DNA of 53,126 nucleotides from Eubacteriales bacterium (GCA_051867915.1 JBJDZJ010000096.1:1-53126), one strand, 5' to 3'. Positions 33,558 through 42,147 are shown, numbered from the stretch's first letter. Notes: generated from the sequence alone by a model not told the origin. A program made the numbers and translations.

Positions 33558-33826
33558 AGTCGCATGAAGAACATCGAAGCCGAATAACACCGAGCGACTA
33601 TTAGGAAAATAGATCTTGCCGGCTTGCGCCGTCATTTTCCCTGAGAATTCAGGGAAAAACGATCCATTTTCCAAAGCTGGATGCTATGATAGTCGCATGA
33701 AGAACATCGAAGCCGAATAACACCGAGCGACTATTAGGAAAATAGATCTTGCCGGCTTGCGCCGTCATTTTCCCTGAGAATTCAGGGAAAAACGATCCAT
33801 TTTCCAAAGCCGGATGTTATAATAGG
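33549..33826 (+). repeat. Tandem direct repeat, 2 x 133 bp plus about 12 bp of a third unit, forming the bioY leader
   Basis: Copy 1 is 33549-33681 and copy 2 is 33682-33814. By eye they differ at only two positions: TATAAT versus TATGAT, and AAGCTGG versus AAGCCGG. Each unit starts with TGNTATRAT. Confidence 0.9.
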
Positions 33827-33864
33827 AGCGTAAAAACCTTATAGAAAAGAAAGAGGAAAAGAAA

Positions 33865-34407
33865 ATGAGTCTGAAAAAACACAAATCCGTTTTAAATCTG
33901 GTGTACATTGCCCTGTTCGCCGCACTGATTGCCGTATGCAGCTGGATCACCTTCCCCATCAATCTGGTTCCCATTACCCTGCAAACCATGGCGGTCTGTA
34001 TTGCCGCAGGAATGTTGGGCTGTTGGAGGGGAATCTGTTCGGTCGCCGTTTATCTGGCACTGGGCGCAGTGGGACTACCTGTATTCGCAGGCTTCAAAGG
34101 CGGCATCGGTAGTCTGACCGGCGCCACGGGAGGCTATCTGGTGGGCTTTTTGCTGACCGCCCTGATTGTGGGACTGGCAGTGGATCTGTTCGGACGGAAA
34201 TGGTTCGTTCTGGCAATTTCCATGGTTCTGGGTATTGCGGTCTGCTACCTTTTCGGAACGGCATGGTTCATGATTCTGATGGGAAGCAAATACACCCTGG
34301 GCGCTGCTCTCGGAATGTGTGTGATTCCCTTCATCATCCCCGATCTTTGCAAGATCGCCATCGCTACCGTTCTGTGCAACAGGGTATATAAGATTGTGAA
34401 GATTTGA
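33865..34407 (+). CDS. bioY: Biotin transporter S-component BioY
   Basis: 'LVYIALFAALIAVCSWITFPI..VPITLQTMAVCIAAGMLG...GPTGGYLVGFLL'-type pattern, seen here as 'LTGATGGYLVGFLLTAL'. 180 aa with 5-6 TM helices. Confidence 0.9.
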   Translation: MSLKKHKSVLNLVYIALFAALIAVCSWITFPINLVPITLQTMAVCIAAGMLGCWRGICSVAVYLALGAVGLPVFAGFKGGIGSLTGATGGYLVGFLLTALIVGLAVDLFGRKWFVLAISMVLGIAVCYLFGTAWFMILMGSKYTLGAALGMCVIPFIIPDLCKIAIATVLCNRVYKIVKI

Positions 34408-34449
34408 CGGGTTGTATCCGGACTGTTTCGGACTGAGTTCCGTAATCGG

Positions 34450-34489
34450 CGGGGCTGTCGCAAATGGTGATTTGCGACAGCCCCGTTTT
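34450..34489 (+). terminator. Intrinsic terminator of bioY
   Basis: CGGGGCTGTCGCAAAT-GGTG-ATTTGCGACAGCCCCG followed by TTTT. Confidence 0.75.
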
Positions 34490-34528
34490 GTAAAATATGA
34501 AAAAAAGGGAAATCTTTTTGCAAATTGC

Positions 34529-34557
34529 TTGACAATGAAGGTGAAATGTGCTATGAT
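34529..34557 (+). promoter_or_regulatory. Promoter TTGACA-17 nt-TATGAT
   Basis: -35 at 34529-34534, -10 at 34552-34557. Followed by a ~140-nt leader before ATG 34707. Confidence 0.55.
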
Positions 34558-34706
34558 GGGAATGCGATACAGAGGTCGGGATACATCCGTCATTGGAGAG
34601 GATGCCGACACATTCTGATCGGATTTTGTCAGGTCTGTCTCGGAATCTGCCGCATTCGTACAGCGGCATATTGCAAAGGCGACTGTAAGAAAGGCTTGGA
34701 TTTTCA

Positions 34707-34889
34707 ATGATGAATGGGAAAGAAAGACTTCTCTGTCTGCTGCTGTGCGCCCTGACGGCGCTGATCCTCGTCTCCTGTCAGCCCAAAAAGAGCGAGGAAG
34801 ACACGAGCGGCACCGATACAAAGGCGGCATCCATTTCGCTGGGTGAAGGTCCCGGCGGTCTTGACGAAATACCGTGGGAAGACGGTTGA
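34707..34889 (+). CDS. Small (60-aa) putative lipoprotein
   Basis: 'MMNGKERLLCLLLCALTALILVSCQPKK' is a signal peptide plus lipobox. It has its own promoter and a 17-bp hairpin at 34899-34936. The Shine-Dalgarno is weak. Confidence 0.45.
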   Translation: MMNGKERLLCLLLCALTALILVSCQPKKSEEDTSGTDTKAASISLGEGPGGLDEIPWEDG

Positions 34890-34975
34890 TCGACTTGATT
34901 TTTGCCGCATTTTCCGTAGGGAAAATGCGGCAAAAATGCAATATCCACACAAAATAAGAACAAGAAAGGATCATT

Positions 34976-36343
34976 ATGATGAAACAAACACTGAAAACAC
35001 TGCTGATTTGCGCATTGGCAACGGCTCTTCTGGTATCCTGCGGCAAAAAAACGAACGGAGAAGATGAAAGTAAGAATACTTCCGAATCGGCTTCTTCCGT
35101 AACGACATCATCCGAGACGACATCATCCGCAACGACTTCTTCGTCAACTACCGCTCCCAATCCCACATTGCCTGATATTGATACCGTAAAAACGCCCGAG
35201 CAGATCTATGCGGAAATTGAGGCGGCAAAGGGCAATATGAAGTTTGAAATGTCTGTCGAGATGAAGGGGGATATGTCCAGTACGGTCAGCTACACGACCT
35301 TGTTTGACGGTGGCAAGATCTATCTCAGCACTGCGGCAGATTTCTTCGGTATGACCTTTACCGATGAGAGCTACCTTGTCAAGGAGACCGCCGGATATAC
35401 CTATTATTATATCGGAGAGGACGAGAGCTGGTACCGTTACTCCTTTGAAGAGGATGAGGAGATTACAAGTGCCTTCACTTTCGATTTCGAAGATTTCTCC
35501 GCCTATTTGAAATCTGAAAATTACGGCGCGTTTGACAGCGCAACCAACCGTTACACAATGAATGAGGGTATTGTCATTGAAGAAGTAGCGCTGAAAGACG
35601 GCTATCTGGAAATGACCGACAACGGTTTCGTTCTCTCCTTTACGGAGCTGGATGAGGACTATGGAGATACGGTTGTCATGGCGGTATTCTCTGATTTCGG
35701 TAAGGTAACGATCACGCTGCCCGAGGCGAAAGAGGAAGATCCGACCGAAGGAGAAGATTCTTATCCTTTGCAATATCCCGAAACGGCTCCCACACCCGAA
35801 GAAATTTACAATCTGATTGAAACATCCGAGAATGTCTCCTGCGACAGCTATTCCGATCTCGGTGGGATCGGAAGCATCTCCATGCAAATGGAGCAGGACG
35901 GCAACAACATCTGGATGCTGATATCCACGACCGTTCTGGGCGAGACCGTTACAGAAGAAACCTATCTGGAAAAGGACGGCGATACCGTCTATGTCTATTG
36001 GGTAGATGAAAACGGAAACTGGATCAAGGAGATTGCCGACGACGAGGATGCCGTTGACGGAAATACTTTTGATTTCGCCGATCTGCTGAAAAGCGAAAAT
36101 TTTGAAGAATACGATCCCTCTACCGGTAGCTATCAATTCGTGGAGGGCAAAACGGTGACCGTCGAAGATCTCGGAACGGTAACGGATGCGACAATTGTAT
36201 GTTATTTCGACGATTATGACGATTATTATGATATATACATGACGGTCGGCGGCGAGGACGGAATCAGCCTGACCTTCCTCTTCTCCTTCTATAACTTCGG
36301 GTATACCGAAGTTGTGCTTCCCGACGCAAACTCCAAGGGCTAA
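34976..36343 (+). CDS. Lipoprotein with an internally duplicated domain, function unknown
   Basis: Lipobox 'LLVSCGKK' and a Ser/Thr linker. Two homologous halves: 'TPEQIYAEIEAAKGNMKFEMSV...FTFDFEDFSAYLKSENYGAFDSATNRYTMNEG' versus 'TPEEIYNLIETSENVSCDSYSD...NTFDFADLLKSENFEEYDPSTGSYQFVEG'. Confidence 0.7.
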   Translation: MMKQTLKTLLICALATALLVSCGKKTNGEDESKNTSESASSVTTSSETTSSATTSSSTTAPNPTLPDIDTVKTPEQIYAEIEAAKGNMKFEMSVEMKGDMSSTVSYTTLFDGGKIYLSTAADFFGMTFTDESYLVKETAGYTYYYIGEDESWYRYSFEEDEEITSAFTFDFEDFSAYLKSENYGAFDSATNRYTMNEGIVIEEVALKDGYLEMTDNGFVLSFTELDEDYGDTVVMAVFSDFGKVTITLPEAKEEDPTEGEDSYPLQYPETAPTPEEIYNLIETSENVSCDSYSDLGGIGSISMQMEQDGNNIWMLISTTVLGETVTEETYLEKDGDTVYVYWVDENGNWIKEIADDEDAVDGNTFDFADLLKSENFEEYDPSTGSYQFVEGKTVTVEDLGTVTDATIVCYFDDYDDYYDIYMTVGGEDGISLTFLFSFYNFGYTEVVLPDANSKG

Positions 36344-36384
36344 GCCGAACCCGAATCTGTCAAATCGAAGATGTCAAAAAATAC

Positions 36385-36425
36385 CCGTGGCTGTCTCAAA
36401 TAACTTGAGACAGCCACGGATTTTT
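36385..36425. terminator. Bidirectional terminator
   Basis: CCGTGGCTGTCTCAA-ATAAC-TTGAGACAGCCACGG followed by ATTTTT. Confidence 0.7.
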
Positions 36426-36429
36426 CCGT

Positions 36430-36810
36430 TTATTTCCGACCGTCGGACCGCCTTCTTCGGCGGTCGGGGACAGAAGGATTCTCTTCGATCTGCCTGGCGG
36501 TCAGGGCGATAATCAGTTTCCGATCGTCGGGAACATTCCCCTCCAGCGCCGCCTTGTTCCGGCGAAGCTCACCGCATTTCCGGCATCGGTGAAGGATGAT
36601 GTAGCCTTTTTTGGCGTCCGGCAAAGCCGAAATCGGCTCCAGAAGTCCTCCGCAGTCGTTGGCACGGTCGCCGGGGAGAATGTCCACATGGAGCGACCAA
36701 AGACAATAGGGGCAGTGATTTCTCGAGGTTTTCACCAGCGGAGGAACCTCTCTTTTGCAATGAAGGCAGATAAATCCATTGTCGTTTTTGGAAAAACGCT
36801 TGGTCTCCAT
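36430..36810 (-). CDS. RNHCP-domain protein
   Basis: 'FICLHCKREVPPLVKTSRNHCPYCLWSLHVD...HRCRKCGE' contains the literal RNHCP motif and Cys pairs. Confidence 0.75.
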   Translation of the reverse strand: METKRFSKNDNGFICLHCKREVPPLVKTSRNHCPYCLWSLHVDILPGDRANDCGGLLEPISALPDAKKGYIILHRCRKCGELRRNKAALEGNVPDDRKLIIALTARQIEENPSVPDRRRRRSDGRK

Positions 36811-36992
36811 AGATTGGCTCTCCTTTTCACAGACGGTTAAATTTGCCGATTTTGGACAAATTTCGGATGATTTTTTCGGTTTTTAATGGAAAAAGGTCTT
36901 GCATTGGATAAGACAATTTTCTTTCGTACAAACTATCGCCGAAGGCAGAAATTCTGTCTTTGAGATCAGAAGAAAGGAAATTGATCGAAGCA

Positions 36993-37703
36993 ATGCGAAA
37001 CAGAGTGGCTTGTAAACTGCCTGCTCTTTTGGTGACGGTGTTTATTCTGTCGGTCTTCTGCACAACCGCACTCAGCGTTTCAGCCGATGTACGGGATTTT
37101 GATGTTCAACCGGTTCGCTCGACCCTGAACGATCGGGACGGCGACGGCGTGCTGGAAGACGGATCCTTCAAAAACGGAATGCGGGACGGCGTCCGAGGCA
37201 ACACCGGATCGGAAGCAGGCGATGCGATAGACGGCGTTGGGGACGGAGTCGGCGATGCAATCGACGGAGTCGGCAACGGCGCAAACGATATTATCGACGG
37301 AGTCGGTGAAGGAGCAAACGATATCATCGACGGAATCGGCGACGGCGTAAACGACATCACCGGAAACGGCACCGGAAACGGCACCGGAAACGGAACGACA
37401 AACGGAACGACCCATGGGACGGCAAACGGTACCACCAATCATGTGACCACCCACGGAGGAACCAATGTGCCGAACGGCAATGTGACGACCCCTGCGGCGA
37501 CCGGCGCAATCACTTCCGGCACTGTGACCTCGGATCATGCGCCCAATGGGACGACGACCGACAACGGCACGGTGACCGATAAGGATAACGGCGGCTTTAA
37601 CTGGACCGGACTGATTATCGGTCTGATTGTGGTTGCGGCAGTGGTTCTGGTGATCATTCTGCTGATCCCCAAGAATACCGGAGCGGACGACAAGAAAAAG
37701 TAA
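36993..37703 (+). CDS. Secreted, C-terminally membrane-anchored low-complexity protein (GDxIDGVG and GNGT repeats)
   Basis: ORF 36960..37703 (TTG start). ATG 36993 gives the signal peptide MRNRVACKLPALLVTVFILSVFCTTALSVSA. Repeats are 'GDAIDGVGDGVGDAIDGVGNGANDIIDGVGEGANDIIDGIGDGVNDI' and 'TGNGTGNGTGNGTTNGTT'. C-terminal TM 'LIIGLIVVAAVVLVIILLI'. Confidence 0.55.
   Translation: MRNRVACKLPALLVTVFILSVFCTTALSVSADVRDFDVQPVRSTLNDRDGDGVLEDGSFKNGMRDGVRGNTGSEAGDAIDGVGDGVGDAIDGVGNGANDIIDGVGEGANDIIDGIGDGVNDITGNGTGNGTGNGTTNGTTHGTANGTTNHVTTHGGTNVPNGNVTTPAATGAITSGTVTSDHAPNGTTTDNGTVTDKDNGGFNWTGLIIGLIVVAAVVLVIILLIPKNTGADDKKK
37359..37406 (+). repeat. 12-nt tandem repeat (ACCGGAAACGGC x3, then degenerate copies) inside the repeat-protein gene
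   Basis: 37359-37370, 37371-37382, 37383-37394 (one mismatch) and 37395-37406 (degenerate). Encodes (TGNG)n. Confidence 0.8.
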
Positions 37704-37708
37704 AGCTC

Positions 37709-37747
37709 AAACCAACCAATCGCAGAAGATGCGGTTGGTTGGTTTTT
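37709..37747. terminator. Bidirectional terminator
   Basis: AAACCAACCAATCGC pairs with GCGGTTGGTTGGTTT (one G-U pair), followed by TT. Confidence 0.6.
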
Positions 37748-37762
37748 CGGTTCATTTTTGGG

Positions 37763-39187
37763 TTATTTCTTGAGATCCGTTGAAGTCAGCGTGATGGATG
37801 CGGCAAACTGATAGTTGGGGTCGCCACGCTCGGCAGTGGTACTGCGGAGCAGGTCGGTTGAAATCTCAGGGGTGAATTCCAGAACGGTTCCGCTGGTAAG
37901 TACAACCTTGACAGGGGAAAACAGATCCACCATGTCTTCGTTTAAGTAGATGGTGATTTCGCCGCTCCGAAGTCTGGAGGAGTTCATGGTGATGGTGTTG
38001 GTCGCCTTGTCATAGCTGATGTCGACGGCACTGCTTTCCGCCGTGGTGGAAATCCAGTAGAAAGAGCTGATCCCACGCTGATCCGCCTTGCTGACGGCGG
38101 TGTTCCAGACGATCCGGCTCGGAAGAGGATCCCTGGTGTGGGCGGTCATCAGAGTTGCGGCATCGGTGTTGGCGGTGGTGGTGTTACCGGAAGACGATGC
38201 CAGCGTTCCGCCTGCCTTGTAGGCGTCGTACCAGGCGGCAAGATCCTTGACAACCCTTTGATCGGTGGTGGCATTGTCCCCCACCACTCCGTGCTCCTTT
38301 CCCACATGAACGAAGCACCAATGCAAATAGCCGCCGTATTTGTCTGCCAGTGCGTCCAGCTTCTCGGAGTATTCCACCGTGACGGTGTTCCGGTTGTAGG
38401 CGCTGTCCAGCTCGCCGACATTGAGATAGAAGGGCAGATTGTACAGATTGGTCAGATCAATTCCCTCCGGATGGCCTGCGGTCATGGTCGCCGCCGCCAG
38501 CCGATCGGCAAGGACGGGCGCAATCTGATAGACGCCGTTTCCGCCCGCACTGTATCCCACAATGTAAACCTTGTTGGGATCGGCGTTCATATAGAGGATG
38601 CAGTCTTCGATGATCCGATCGTAAAAGGCCCAGCTGATGTCGGTGGAAAAGATCTGACCGCTGGATTCGTTGTCGGATACCGAACGGATGGAAATGTAGA
38701 TGGCGGGAACACGGGTCTGGGTGTAGCGATCCGCCATGCCCGACCACTGACTTTCGTTGGTGGTGCCGGAGGGATCGTATCCGCCGCCGTGATAGACCAG
38801 AAAGACGGGATAGCCGTCTGCGGGCGCTCTGCCCACCACCTTGGTCTGAACCTTCATGGTAGTGCGTCCGATTTTGATGTTCGTGACCTTGTTTTTTTGG
38901 ATTTCGTCGGCACGCCCGGGAGAATCTTTTGCAACCTGCTCGGCATATTCCTGCCAGATCAGCTGCCGCAGGGCGGTAACCGAGGCATTGTCGGTCAGAT
39001 TGGCGGCAAGGGCGTCGATCCGATCGGAGAGCGGCGCATCCCCGGGAAGACTGTTGTCGGCGGTGACGGAGGTGTCGGAGGCTTCATCGGTTCCGGCAGG
39101 CTCTTTTGTGCCGCAGGAAACGGTGGGGATCATCAGACAGACCGCCAGAAAAGAGCAAAGGAGCAGTTTTACCGTGTGAATTTTCAT
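37763..39187 (-). CDS. Secreted lipoprotein alpha/beta-hydrolase (esterase/depolymerase-like)
   Basis: Lipobox 'PTVSCG'. Nucleophile elbow 'VYIVGYSAGGNGVYQ' (G-x-S-x-G). 'YPVFLVYHGGGYD'. The ATG overlaps the thyX stop (ATGA at 39184-39187). Confidence 0.7.
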   Translation of the reverse strand: MKIHTVKLLLCSFLAVCLMIPTVSCGTKEPAGTDEASDTSVTADNSLPGDAPLSDRIDALAANLTDNASVTALRQLIWQEYAEQVAKDSPGRADEIQKNKVTNIKIGRTTMKVQTKVVGRAPADGYPVFLVYHGGGYDPSGTTNESQWSGMADRYTQTRVPAIYISIRSVSDNESSGQIFSTDISWAFYDRIIEDCILYMNADPNKVYIVGYSAGGNGVYQIAPVLADRLAAATMTAGHPEGIDLTNLYNLPFYLNVGELDSAYNRNTVTVEYSEKLDALADKYGGYLHWCFVHVGKEHGVVGDNATTDQRVVKDLAAWYDAYKAGGTLASSSGNTTTANTDAATLMTAHTRDPLPSRIVWNTAVSKADQRGISSFYWISTTAESSAVDISYDKATNTITMNSSRLRSGEITIYLNEDMVDLFSPVKVVLTSGTVLEFTPEISTDLLRSTTAERGDPNYQFAASITLTSTDLKK

Positions 39188-39972
39188 GAATGTCCTCTTT
39201 CTGCCGTTTTACGGGTAAGGTTTCTGTATTTTTCCCGAACTTCAGCCGCTTTTCCGCAGGTCATGGCGCCTTCCGAGCATCCGCCGCGGACGCAGGAGGG
39301 ACCCGCTCCAGAGAAGAGCAGGGGAGCGACCTCCAGACAAAGGGTCAGCATCCGGGTCGCCAGTTCCCGAATCTCCCATTGGGCACGGTTGCAGCAGCGG
39401 AGCTTGAAGAAGTTGTAGAGGGATCGGGTGTTCATGGTCATGATGATACGGGTATCGCAGGCGTTGGGCAGAACGAAACGGGCGTCCTCGTTCGCCATTT
39501 TTCCGGCATTCTTGGCGGCGGCGGAAGGCTCCTGACCTTCGGCGATCAGCGTCTTTTCGTGCTTCTCCATCAGGATTTGCCGCAGCCGATCGTAGGCTTC
39601 GGCGTCCTTTTTCATCATGTCGTCGTAGATTTCCTTCGCCTCGGGAATGGCGGCGATTTCGGGGGGCGTAATGTAGTCAAAGCCCGATTTTTCCACATAT
39701 CGCTGGCTTTGTACCGAGAAGGATGCAATTCTGTGTCGGGTCAGCTGGGCAAGCAGTGTGCGGGAAACGCCCTCGATGCCAAAGGTAAAGGAGGCGTGTT
39801 CGATGGGGGATTCGTGTCCCAGATCGCCCAGCAGTTTGAGAAAACTCTCCACCTTGTCGGGAGTCAGCTTGTCCATCAGAGAGTCAATGTCGCTTTTGGC
39901 ATAGCAGAGTTTTGCGGCGGCGGCAACCAGCTTGTCGGCGTCGGGAGTGTAGGTAATCAGTTCCACTTTCAT
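39184..39972 (-). CDS. thyX: FAD-dependent thymidylate synthase ThyX
   Basis: ThyX motif 'RHRIASFSVQSQRY'. Start at ATG 39972 (MKVELITYTPDAD), with AAAGGA 9 nt upstream. Confidence 0.9.
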   Translation of the reverse strand: MKVELITYTPDADKLVAAAAKLCYAKSDIDSLMDKLTPDKVESFLKLLGDLGHESPIEHASFTFGIEGVSRTLLAQLTRHRIASFSVQSQRYVEKSGFDYITPPEIAAIPEAKEIYDDMMKKDAEAYDRLRQILMEKHEKTLIAEGQEPSAAAKNAGKMANEDARFVLPNACDTRIIMTMNTRSLYNFFKLRCCNRAQWEIRELATRMLTLCLEVAPLLFSGAGPSCVRGGCSEGAMTCGKAAEVREKYRNLTRKTAERGHS

Positions 39973-40074
39973 GGGAATACATCCTTTCAATGAGTCAATG
40001 GGAATCCGTTCGAAACGGAAAGTGTATGTCTTATTCTAGCATAGAAAAACGATCTTGTCAAGAAAACCTGACCG

Positions 40075-40653
40075 TCAGCGTTGCATTTCATCCAGCGTCA
40101 GATTGAATGCGGGGAGGAATTCCTCCATAAAGACGGCAAGCTCGGGACAGTCCATCTTTTCGAGGGCGGCATAGGTGGTTTTGGCGGCGTCGGCGAACTC
40201 GCTGTTGCCGCATTTCAATTCTTCAATACATTTGATGTAGGCGCACAGTTTGTCCGCCGCCTTGACCAGCAGATGGATATCGGGGTCGGGGATTTCCAGA
40301 ATCGACCGGTAGGACTGTTCCATCTCCTCGGGCAGATGAGAGATCAGCGCATGTACGGCGTAATCCTCAATTTTCTGATAATTTTCCCGCATTTCGGGGG
40401 TGTAATACTTGATGGGGGTGGGCATATCGCCTGTGTAGACCTCGGTGGCGTCGTGATAGAGGGCGTGGACGCATACTTCGCCGGCATCGTATGCTTTGTT
40501 CAGGCGCTCGTTGCCGATCAAGGCAAGACAGTGGGCGATCATGGCGACCTGAGCCGAATGCTCTGCCAGATTTTCGTCGGCGGTGTTGCGCATAAGCCCC
40601 CAGCGTTTGATGTAACGCTGACGGAAAATCAGCGCAAAGAAGCTGTTGTTCAT
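40075..40653 (-). CDS. yfbR: HD-domain 5'-deoxynucleotidase (YfbR family)
   Basis: 'RWGLMRNTADENLAEHSAQVAMIAHCLA...YHDATEVYTGDMPTPIKY...KAADKLCAYIKCIEELKCGNSEF' aligns closely with my recollection of E. coli YfbR. Confidence 0.85.
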   Translation of the reverse strand: MNNSFFALIFRQRYIKRWGLMRNTADENLAEHSAQVAMIAHCLALIGNERLNKAYDAGEVCVHALYHDATEVYTGDMPTPIKYYTPEMRENYQKIEDYAVHALISHLPEEMEQSYRSILEIPDPDIHLLVKAADKLCAYIKCIEELKCGNSEFADAAKTTYAALEKMDCPELAVFMEEFLPAFNLTLDEMQR

Positions 40654-40813
40654 ATGAAATCCTCTTTGATTGATGAATAAATTCGTCGTTGTGTTTTTAC
40701 AAGGTTTTTGAAGGTTTTCGGGAATCTTTTTTCAAAAAGTTTCCTGAATGGGGGTGGGGCAAGCCCCAACTTACTCCCCGCAAGGGTTTGTGTAAAACCC
40801 CGGTTTTTCCTCG

Positions 40814-41035
40814 TCAATTCTGCTTCTGGACGCTCTTGTATTCGTCGTAGTAACGGAAATACGGGCAGTCGCTTCCGCTGATGTAGCCCGCAAGATCGTC
40901 CTCGTCCAGAGCGACGGTGCAGATTTTGTCGCCCGAATCGCCGTCCCAGTCGTAGAATTCGCAGATGTCACAGGAGGGCTTGATCTTTCCCCGCTTGACA
41001 GTTTTGGGCGGCTTGCTGTTGGGTTGATCGTTCAT
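40814..41035 (-). CDS. Small acidic four-Cys protein (73 aa), function unknown
   Basis: Part of ORF 40814..41101. ATG 41035 overlaps the birA stop (ATGA at 41032-41035). 'PSCDICEFYDWDGDSGDKICTVALDEDDLAGYISGSDCPYF'. Confidence 0.5.
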   Translation of the reverse strand: MNDQPNSKPPKTVKRGKIKPSCDICEFYDWDGDSGDKICTVALDEDDLAGYISGSDCPYFRYYDEYKSVQKQN

Positions 41036-41991
41036 AGGGATCCTCCTTTCAGTCGGATGCTGATCTCTCCGGTGGACAAGGCGACCGTTTCGCCGTCGCA
41101 TTCCACCAGAAGTCCGCCGTCATCGTCGATGCCCACGGCCTTGCCGGTGCGCTTTTCCTGTCCCGAATAGAAATCAATTTCTTTTCCGATGACCAGTGAC
41201 CGACGGCGATAGTCCTCCATCAGAGCAGGGTCGGACAGCCGCTTCCAAAGATCCAGCAGACGGTCGCAGACCGCCGCCGCCAGAAGGGGACGGGAAATCG
41301 CCATTCCGATGGAGCTGGCACGGTCGGAAATTTCAGCCGGAAAATCGGATGTGGTGATGTTGATTCCGATGCCCACCACCACCGACTGAACGGTTCCGCT
41401 TTCGATGTCGGTGACGGCTTCGGACAGAATACCGCAGATCTTCCGATCGCCAAGATAGATGTCGTTGACCCATTTGATCATCGGGCAAAGACCGGAACAT
41501 TCCTCAATCGCCGAACATACGGCAAGTGCGGCTGCCGCCGTGATTCTCATGACCTTCGAGATGCTGTCCTTGGGCTGAAGAATCAGCGACAGATAGATAC
41601 CTGTGTCGGCGGGGGAATAGAAGGAGCGCCCCAACCTGCCCCGTCCGCCGGTTTGTTCCCCCGCAATCACAAGAGCGCATCCGCTGTATCCGGAGGAGAC
41701 CATCCTCTTGGCTTCGTTGTTGGTGGAGTCAATGGTGTCAAAGACAAACAGGTCGATGGGATGGCGAAGATGAACCCGAACCGATTCGGCGGACAGACGG
41801 TCGCAGTCGGAAGCCAGCCGGTATCCCCGATTCGGTGCGGCTTCAATTTTGTATCCTTCCTGCTTTAGGGTGGAGATCGCCTTCCAGACGGCGTTTCGGG
41901 ATACGCCGAAATGTTCGGCAAGCGCCTGCCCCGACAGATCCGCTCCCCTGTTTTCCTCCAGCAATGCCAGAATGTCCTTTTTCAGTGTCAT
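41032..41991 (-). CDS. birA: Bifunctional biotin-[acetyl-CoA-carboxylase] ligase / biotin-operon repressor BirA (class II, with N-terminal wHTH)
   Basis: N-terminal 'LSGQALAEHFGVSRNAVWKAISTLKQEGYKIEAAPNRGYRL'. Ligase signature 'GEQTGGRGRLGRSFYSP'. The start is either ATG 41991 or GTG 42012. Confidence 0.9.
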   Translation of the reverse strand: MTLKKDILALLEENRGADLSGQALAEHFGVSRNAVWKAISTLKQEGYKIEAAPNRGYRLASDCDRLSAESVRVHLRHPIDLFVFDTIDSTNNEAKRMVSSGYSGCALVIAGEQTGGRGRLGRSFYSPADTGIYLSLILQPKDSISKVMRITAAAALAVCSAIEECSGLCPMIKWVNDIYLGDRKICGILSEAVTDIESGTVQSVVVGIGINITTSDFPAEISDRASSIGMAISRPLLAAAVCDRLLDLWKRLSDPALMEDYRRRSLVIGKEIDFYSGQEKRTGKAVGIDDDGGLLVECDGETVALSTGEISIRLKGGSL

Positions 41992-42147
41992 TTTCCGAAG
42001 TACCTTCCCCACGCATATCTGTTTTTTCTAAGTGTACCACATTTTACCGAATTTTTCAAGGTATTTCGGGAAAAATGCTTGCATTTCCAAAAAAATAATT
42101 GTATAATAAATATAAATATGGTCAAATGAAAGGCACTGCCCGGAAAT

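Noticed and set aside
33564-33587. A 7-codon mini-ORF (ATG AAG AAC ATC GAA GCC GAA TAA) present in each 133-bp bioY-leader unit.
   Set aside because: It has no Shine-Dalgarno upstream. The ATG lies in the loop of the predicted 10-bp helix. It is more simply part of the RNA structure.
34558-34706. The ~140-nt leader between promoter 34529-34557 and the 60-aa lipoprotein ORF, considered as a possible riboswitch.
   Set aside because: I could find only short, unconnected hairpins such as TGCCGC ... GCGGCA, and no resemblance to any riboswitch class I know. It is not reportable beyond noting the long leader.
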